Below are positions 10,924 to 16,914 of a DNA stretch of 16,914 nucleotides, piece by piece (the first letter of the stretch is position 1; each line of letters starts with the position of its first letter). This DNA is from Octopus sinensis (lineage: Eukaryota). Both the position numbers and the translations under genes were made by a program. The notes beneath the pieces are model-generated. The model saw only the letters and a list, made by a program, of their open reading frames with translations. It was not told where the DNA came from and did no database searches. The stretch is taken from positions 1-16,914 of the forward strand of contig NW_021825051.1 in the NCBI RefSeq assembly GCF_006345805.1, in the 5' to 3' direction.

Positions 10924-11095
10924 CATATATAGGACGGGCTTCTTTCAGTTTCTGTCTACCAAATCCACTCACAACTCTTTGGTCAGTCTGAGGCTATAGT
11001 AGAAGACACTTGCCCAAGGTGCCACACAGTGGGACTGAACTCGGAACCATGTGGTTGGTAAGCAAGCTACTTACCACAGAGCCACTCCTGCGCCT
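10650..11095 (-). mobile_element. Apparently full-length tRNA-derived SINE (family A) with an internal AT microsatellite
   Basis: Minus strand: AGGCGCAGGAGTGGCTCTGTGGTAAG (A-box-like), GAGTTCAGTCCC (B-box-like), core CACCTTGGGCAAGTGTCTTCTACTATAGCC..GAAAGAAGCCCGTC, then AT repeat (~10855-10930), 3' body ..GTAACTTAGCAG..AATAAGTACTAGGCTTACAAAGAATAAGTCCTGGGGTCGATT..GCTCCAGCATGGCCGCAG and an A-rich tail. The 3' body recurs at 5330-5484 and 13781-14004. The sequence resembles abundant octopus SINEs as recalled; the family name was not verified. Confidence 0.85.
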
Positions 11096-11214
11096 ATAAG
11101 AAAGTTGTAAAGAGAAAGTTACGAATAAAGATATGTTCCACGCATAACTTATCAATCATCAGATTTTCAGAGAGAAGTCTAGAAAAGTCATTTGTTATTG
11201 ATTTGCCTATACAT

Positions 11215-11215
<1 letters not shown>

Positions 11216-11247
<32 letters not shown>

Positions 11248-11298
11248 GTGTGTGTGTATGTGTATGTGTGTGTGTGTGTGTGTGTGTTTTTTTTTTTC
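11216..11298. repeat. (GT)n plus poly(T)
   Basis: Directly visible. Confidence 0.95.
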
Positions 11299-11330
11299 TG
11301 AATTTGTATGAATGTGTATAAAATAATATA

Positions 11331-11650
11331 TCAGTTGATTAAAGTTAAAACATGGTCTGGATTTCACATTTTTTATTATGGTAGTTAAACATTAAAAAAA
11401 TATTTTGAACTGTTCATAAAGTTCAATTAGCACTTTCATACGTTCGTAGTAATCATCAGATTTCAAAATGTATTTAACTGACAGTTGAGTTCTTGACGCT
11501 TGTAGTACCTCTTAGAATGCTCTGATGATTACTACGAATGTATGAAAGAGCTAATTGAAATTTATGAACATTACAAAATAATTTTTAATGTTAAAATAAC
11601 ATAATAAAAAAACGTGTAAACCAGACCATGTTTTAACTTTAATCAACTGA
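11331..11650. mobile_element. 320-bp MITE with 130-bp terminal inverted repeats and a TA target site
   Basis: Arms 11331-11460 and 11521-11650 are reverse complements. The first 30 nt (TCAGTTGATTAAAGTTAAAACATGGTCTGG) are perfect, and overall identity is roughly 89%. The spacer is 60 bp, and TA flanks both sides (11329-11330, 11651-11652). Confidence 0.85.
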
Positions 11651-11758
11651 TATACATACATATATATATATATATAAATATATGTGTGTGTGTGCATATA
11701 TATATATGTGTATATATATGTATATATATATATAGTATACATACATATATGTGTATAT

Positions 11759-11794
<36 letters not shown>

Positions 11795-11822
11795 ATATAT
11801 ATATTTATATTATATAAGTATA
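11651..11822. repeat. (AT)n/(TACA)n microsatellite
   Basis: Directly visible. Confidence 0.95.
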
Positions 11823-11880
11823 TGTGGTGTAATGGTAGCATACTTATCGCGAATATATAGAGGTGTGTGTTCAAGTCCCA
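11821..11880 (+). other. tRNA-derived (Pol III promoter-like) SINE head relic
   Basis: GTGGTGTAATGGTAGCA (A-box/D-arm-like) and GTTCAAGTCCCA (B-box/T-loop-like) at tRNA-like spacing. The cloverleaf is imperfect, so this is not called a functional tRNA. Confidence 0.5.
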
Positions 11881-11992
11881 TGCATATAGAAAGCCCACTT
11901 TTTTCCATTGAGGGCTTTTATGCACCAATATTAGACTATTTTCTTTAGTCAATACACCATGATCTCTTTTAAGCTTTAAACTTATAAAATAT

Positions 11993-12046
11993 CATGGAAC
12001 CTTGGGTAAGCATCTTCTACTTTAGCCTCAGGCCAATCAAAGCCCT
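11993..12046 (+). mobile_element. SINE family A, core fragment (5' half of a split copy)
   Basis: CATGGAACCTTGGGTAAGCATCTTCTACTTTAGCCTCAGGCCAATCAAAGCC matches the reverse complement of ~10975-11025. It is followed by (TA)n and the Penelope-like element. Confidence 0.75.
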
Positions 12047-12074
12047 AATAAATATATATATATATATATATATA

Positions 12075-13588
12075 GATAAGAAAGTTGGTTTGTGAAAGCA
12101 CGTGGGTGAATATATAAAAAATAGTAAACAGTGAAAAAACGACAGAAGGCTTAAATGTTAAAATATATATATATTTGCGTCAATATGTCTGAAGAATATT
12201 AGAAAATTTTTTTTTTTTAATTTTTTTCTCTTTTATAATGACATAATTTTTAAAGAAAGACCGGTTTCGCATTTAGCTTTTCAAATTTCTTGTGACGTTA
12301 TGTTTATGTTGAATAGAGTTATCCTTGTGTTTATGCTCCGGAGAGTTCTAAATAAGGGAAGGTAGTGGGTGATTTCTTCCGGTGTAAGGGAGATAATCGC
12401 TTAAAAAATTTTTTTTCTTTTCCCTTAATGTGAATTTCTCTGTATCAGTATGTTCGGATGGTTGAGTCTGGGCTTGTACTTTTCAATGAAGAATGTTTCC
12501 TTGTTTAGTCTAATTTTGTGATGATCCGAAAGCACATTGGTAAAATGGAAAGATTAAAAATTGTGGTAGTAGTTGCTTTGCGCATTTCTCAATGTGCTCA
12601 CTAAAAGGTATCATTCTATATTCTGGGAATGCAATCTTTGTCGATGCAGTGTGCATCTACGTCTGAGTGATAGTCCCGTGGAACCCACGTAGTGGTGGCA
12701 GCCCGAGATTTTATGACCTAAATTATGTTTTCAGAGGCACAAGTAAAGTTAGATTTGATCTTGAATTTCTGTCCCTCTTTAAAGAGAATTCTGATCCTTC
12801 TAGCAGTGTTTAGGACATGTTGACAGTTCGATCTACCACATTTTTTTTACTTTTGCATCCGTAATTTCAGAAGACAATTTTGCCTTTGTGAGAATCTTTT
12901 TAGTGATTTAGGCTGTTTGTAGCTTTTAATATTTGGTGTATGTTTAGAATTTTCCTTTAATTTGGGGTTTTTATGAAGTATTGGTAAATTCTGGTGATGA
13001 TGGTGAAGGCTTCTTTGTTTCTGGGGTTGTATGTAGATATGTAAGGTAGTATTTTCGGGGAAGGTGTGTTGTTGTGTGAACTTTCTTAAGTTTCCATGTT
13101 GATTTCTGTTGCACGTCTGATCCCATCCTCTATGAGTTGAGCTGGTAATGTCTGTCAATTAGGGTGTTTTTGAGTTCTTGCAGTCTAAAGTCCTGGTATT
13201 TTGTTCTGACACTATTGTGCATATCCTTCTGCAAGGGTGAAGGGGATGTTTGTTTTAGTGTGTCTTGGTGGCATGAATTAAAGAGAAGGTATTGTTTGGC
13301 ATCTGTGGCTTTGTAAAAATGTCTGTTTCTATTTTAAGGTTAATTTTTTTAATTAGTATATCCAAGAACGGGAGCTCCTTTTGGTTGTATTCCATTGTGA
13401 ACTGTATATTTGGGTTTATGCTGTTCAATAGGTTTTTAAATTTTAGGAGTTTATCTGTGTTTTCATTCCAGAGAATAAAACAATCGTCTCAAGATCGTTT
13501 CCAGTTCTCTTTTATGTATTGAGAGAGGGGGTTTCCAAAGATTGATAAGGATTCCTGGTAAATGGTTATTCCATGTATCCCATGTATC

Positions 13589-13590
<2 letters not shown>
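12075..13590 (-). mobile_element. Decayed, 5'-truncated Penelope-like retroelement (RT C-terminal half, thumb, Cys-rich linker, GIY-YIG endonuclease, 3' UTR/pLTR)
   Basis: Minus strand across frameshifts: [31 protein letters not shown] (RT DD motif at 13480-13488) ..LNSINPNIQFTME..ELPFLDILI..IETDIF-K-TDAKQYLLFNSCH..TNIPFTLA; QNLPILHKNPKLKE..KQPKSLK-ILTKAK; CGRSNC-TC linker; FKIKSNFTCASENII*VIK..CHHYVGSTGLSLRRRCTLHRQ..SEHIEKC..IRLNKETFFIEKYKPRLN, with the stop at 12425-12427. Confidence 0.92.
12253..12291 (-). ncRNA. Minimal type I hammerhead ribozyme-like motif in the Penelope-like element 3' UTR
   Basis: Minus strand reads AAGAAA-T-TTGAAAA-GC-TAAAT-GC-GAAA-CCGG-TC-TTTCTT: 6-bp stem I (AAGAAA/TTTCTT), core U3 U4 G5 A6 A7 A8 A9, 2-bp stem II, GAAA, palindromic stem III (ACCGGT) and a GUC cleavage triplet. 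It lies ~135 nt downstream of the GIY-YIG stop. Confidence 0.62.
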
Positions 13591-13642
<52 letters not shown>

Positions 13643-13667
13643 CTATATATACATATATATGTATATC

Positions 13668-13705
<38 letters not shown>

Positions 13706-13780
13706 ATATATATAATATTATATATTATATATATATATATATATATCAATATATATATATATATATGTATATATATTTAT
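13591..13780. repeat. Long (AT)n microsatellite at the 5' junction of the Penelope-like element
   Basis: Directly visible. Confidence 0.95.
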
Positions 13781-14004
13781 GTGTGGTGTCTTGTATCTGT
13801 ATTTGTCCCCTCACAATCGCTTGACCAACCACAGTTGGTTGTTTTATGTGCTTGTAACTTAGCAGTTTGGCAAAAGTAACTGATAGAATAAGTACTAGGC
13901 TTACAAAGAAATAAGTCCTGAGGTCGATTTCTTTGATGGAAACCCTTTATGATGGTGCTTCAGCATGGTCGCCGTCAAATGACTGAAAGTGTAAAAGAAT
14001 AAAG
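13781..14004 (+). mobile_element. SINE family A, 3' body and tail (3' half of a split copy)
   Basis: TTGTCCCC..CGCTTGAC..GTAACTTAGCAG..GATAGAATAAGTACTAGGCTTACAAAGAAATAAGTCCTGAGGTCGATT..CAGCATGG..AAAAGAATAAAG matches the reverse complement of ~10650-10850. Confidence 0.85.
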
Positions 14005-14099
14005 ACATGTGTGTGTGTGTGTGTGTGTGCGTGTGTGTGTGTGTGTCTGTTTGTGTATGAGCCATAAAAGCCAAGAGTTATGAGAGTTCCAAAACAACT

Positions 14100-14292
14100 T
14101 ACGATAGGTGAAAATCCACAACGAAGTAAGAGTTTTTTACTGTATATTTTTTTAAATTATTTTTATAATTTGTATATTTCATTTTATTATAAATGTAAAA
14201 CAACACCACATAGGAATCAATGTAAGCAGAAATAGTAAATGGTGATAAGGTGAACCGCAATAGGTGAACCGCAATATGACGAGGGATTATTG
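14100..14292 (-). mobile_element. One end of a pogo/Tigger-like DNA transposon or MITE
   Basis: Reverse complement reads TA|CAATAATCCCTCGTCATATTGCGGTTCACCTATTGCGGTTCAC, which is pogo/Tigger-TIR-like and includes a 14-bp tandem duplication AGGTGAACCGCAAT x2 (14248-14275). The partner TIR was not found, and the left boundary is approximate. Confidence 0.5.
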
Positions 14293-14927
14293 TACTTATA
14301 TAGATATTGCCATATGTGCACATGTGTATGTGTGTATACATATACACACAAACACACACACACATTTATATATACACACATACAGACACAGACAGACAGA
14401 CACACATAAACACACTTATTAACACACCCATGGTCGTGTTGTTAGGAAGACGACTTTGCATCTACAATCATAAATAGTTTGTGGGTCAGACAAAACACCA
14501 TGGCATTTCAGTTTGTTGCCAGGTCTGGGGAGAAAATAGTGAATGCAGTCAATGATTCTTTGAACAATTCACAATCAGTGCCTGTGTTTAATAATGTCAA
14601 ATATGACTCTTCCAAAATACAAACTGCAATAAATGTCATGACAAACGGCCAGAATCAATGTCTGTTGGTATTTAGTCACCAATTTTTTTTATATCATATT
14701 CTATATCCTCAGTTCCCAAAACACTACAATATCTGTTGCAACATAAGTTTGTCAAGTTGAGACTGTTGCCAAACTTGTACATAAACGAATTATTGAAATG
14801 TATATCAAACAAGCAGGCTAGATTAAAAGAAAAAAGTTAGAATAGACACTGTGGTTTGTAACAACCCATAATCATTATGCTTGTCTTTACTATTGATAGC
14901 AACCACTTGCAAAATACATTGTGAGTG

Positions 14928-14939
14928 TACATACATACA

Positions 14940-14973
<34 letters not shown>

Positions 14974-14994
14974 CATACATATATACATACATAT

Positions 14995-15025
<31 letters not shown>

Positions 15026-15026
15026 A
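14928..15026. repeat. (TACA)n/(AT)n microsatellite
   Basis: Directly visible. Confidence 0.95.
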
Positions 15027-15151
15027 TTTATTCATTATACCAGTAAAAACTCATATAATATTACTAAAGATGTGATCTCACAACTTCTGAATATAGCCTT
15101 GGACTTCACTTTTTAACTTTTTACTTTGTATCCTTACCATTATGGACTTAC

Positions 15152-15199
15152 TGACTCTCTGATGAAGCTTTGGAGTTCATCTTTTGTATGAGATGTCAA
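15152..15199 (-). CDS. Candidate 48-nt symmetric exon (LTSHTKDELQSFIRES)
   Basis: Minus strand: ..CCAGTTTGCTACAG| acceptor and TCA|GTAAGT donor; only frame 0 is open. Confidence 0.22.
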
Positions 15200-16099
15200 C
15201 TGTAGCAAACTGGAGCCCCAAAATAGAAACAATTGTAAGAGTGGAGTTGTATTTATTTATTTATCTATTCTTATGATTATAGTAAAGAAATCTTACTCAT
15301 GTTTATCAACTGAATCTCTTTCCTATTTTCTTCCTTTCCTTATAAATTCTAGATAAACTTTTCTTCACTTCCACTTGTACCTATCATTTAATATGCCTTG
15401 TAACACTAAGCATTTGAATATAAATAGGTATCCCTCCAGTAATATATTTGATATTTATTATCCTTTAGACGATTGTCTAACCTCTTACTCATATATATAT
15501 CTATATATATATATAAAACTCAACTTGTGTGTCTGTGTGTGTGTCTGTGTGTTTAACTTCCCGGCACATCTCCTCCTAGCCAACAAATCATAGAACCACC
15601 AAAAGTGGGTAAATTAAAGTTTAGGCGAATGAAAATTAAACTGCGCTATTTCTGTTCTGAAATTCAAAATATAAACAATAACAAACCACAAAACAAAATT
15701 TTATCTTTCAAAATGAAACAAAACTCACCATAAAATGAAAAATAATGTTTTATTTTCGTATACTTCCACTTTATTTAAATGTGATAAGTTTGCTCCTCCC
15801 TTTTTTTAAATTCAAAGTCTTTGATCAGATCCCCAAAATTAATCTTACATAACACTTCTGCTTCTTATACTTAGTAGAGATAAGGCATCTCAAATATCAT
15901 TCTGGCAAGTTTAAAGTGATTTCTTTAGTGCTGTAGACCATTTACTATTTCTGTGGTGCCCCACTTCCTTTGACACCCGAAATGCCTGCTTATTTTGCTT
16001 AACGGTTAATCTAGCATTGCACTTAAGTATATCCTCATTGTTCATCATTGTTTTAGAGCCTACTTTTCTATATTTGCATGGGCCAAATGTGATTTGTTG

Positions 16100-16250
16100 A
16101 GGTTCATTTTACTATGGCCGGATGCCTTTCCAGTCATCAACCCTCACTTGTTTCCAAACAAGGTATTATTTCTTCAAGGCCAGATAGGATTTCCACACAA
16201 GATTTCAAATAATTAAGATCTTTTGTATCACAGTGACATTTGTTTACGAC
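16100..16250 (-). mobile_element. Degenerate family B-related fragment
   Basis: CTATGGCCGGATGCCTTTCCAGTCATCAACCC resembles the family B core; the downstream extent is uncertain. Confidence 0.4.
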
Positions 16251-16309
16251 TAGCATCTAATGTGAAGACAAGGAGGCACATGCCACACAAACCCACCCCC
16301 ACATGCCCA

Positions 16310-16810
16310 CCTACATATATGTATTGTAATTGTGTGTGTTTGTATTATATATAAAAATGTATAATATATATATATTATATATATATATATCATACAAATA
16401 TTTATAAACACATTTCCTATGTAGTACAAATAAGTATTTATATGTATATATATGTATCTATAATATATATAATATATATATATATATAGATATATATATA
16501 TACACATGTATGTGTATATATATAGATATATAACATGTATGTGTATACATATGTATATACACACTCACATATGTAAGGATAAGAAAGAGAGAGAAAGAAA
16601 CATGCTTTTATAAACACCAAACATGCATATGTATCCAGTAGAAATATATATAAATATATATATATGTATGTATGCATATATATATATATAATGCACACAT
16701 ATACACACATTGTAGACGTTAGATGCTCACACACATCCACACACACACAGACACAAATACATGAACACAAATATATACACACACACGCACACACCCACAT
16801 ACACCCACAT
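16310..16810. repeat. Compound (AT)n/(CA)n/(AG)n microsatellite field
   Basis: Directly visible. Confidence 0.9.
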
Positions 16811-16914
16811 TCATTACATTTGACATTTTCTCTCACCCTGTATTGTACATAGAACGATGTGAAACATGGAAGGTGAAAAAGCATTGTGTTATCTCAAAGA
16901 TCGATGAACAACGT

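Noticed and set aside
11509-11550. Type III hammerhead-like pattern CTC-TT-AG(AATG)CT-CTGATGA-TTAC..GTAT-GAAA-GAG
   Set aside because: Stem I is only 2 bp, the stem II closing pair is U-U, and most of the motif lies in the MITE arm, which would pair with the opposite arm. Probably chance.
11821-11890. Functional tRNA gene
   Set aside because: The acceptor, anticodon and T stems do not pair properly; better explained as a SINE head relic.
12196-12212. Plus-strand CTGAAGA-ATATTA-GAAA as a second hammerhead core
   Set aside because: No stem II closing pair and no convincing stem I or III.
16856-16914. Acceptor-like site followed by RCETWKVKKHCVISKIDEQR at the window edge
   Set aside because: Too short and truncated to tell an exon from an RTE-like CETW remnant or chance.

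Overview
AT-rich, microsatellite-saturated animal genomic DNA. The SINE families and repeat load point to a cephalopod, most likely Octopus (inference, no database search run). No host gene can be identified; only a few short exon-like segments were found. The window is mostly transposon debris: a decayed 5'-truncated CR1/L2-type LINE RT fragment (- strand, ~2725-4027), several copies of two SINE families, a TA-flanked TIR pair (5732-6265), a 521-bp near-perfect palindrome (9095-9615), a 320-bp long-TIR MITE (11331-11650), and a decayed Penelope-like retroelement (RT + GIY-YIG, - strand, ~12075-13590). The Penelope-like element is flanked by (TA)n and appears to split a SINE. Its 3' UTR carries a minimal type I hammerhead-ribozyme-like motif with a compensatory U3-A8 core variant. 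Most ORFs in the supplied track are translations of dinucleotide repeats. All alignments and counts were done by hand.
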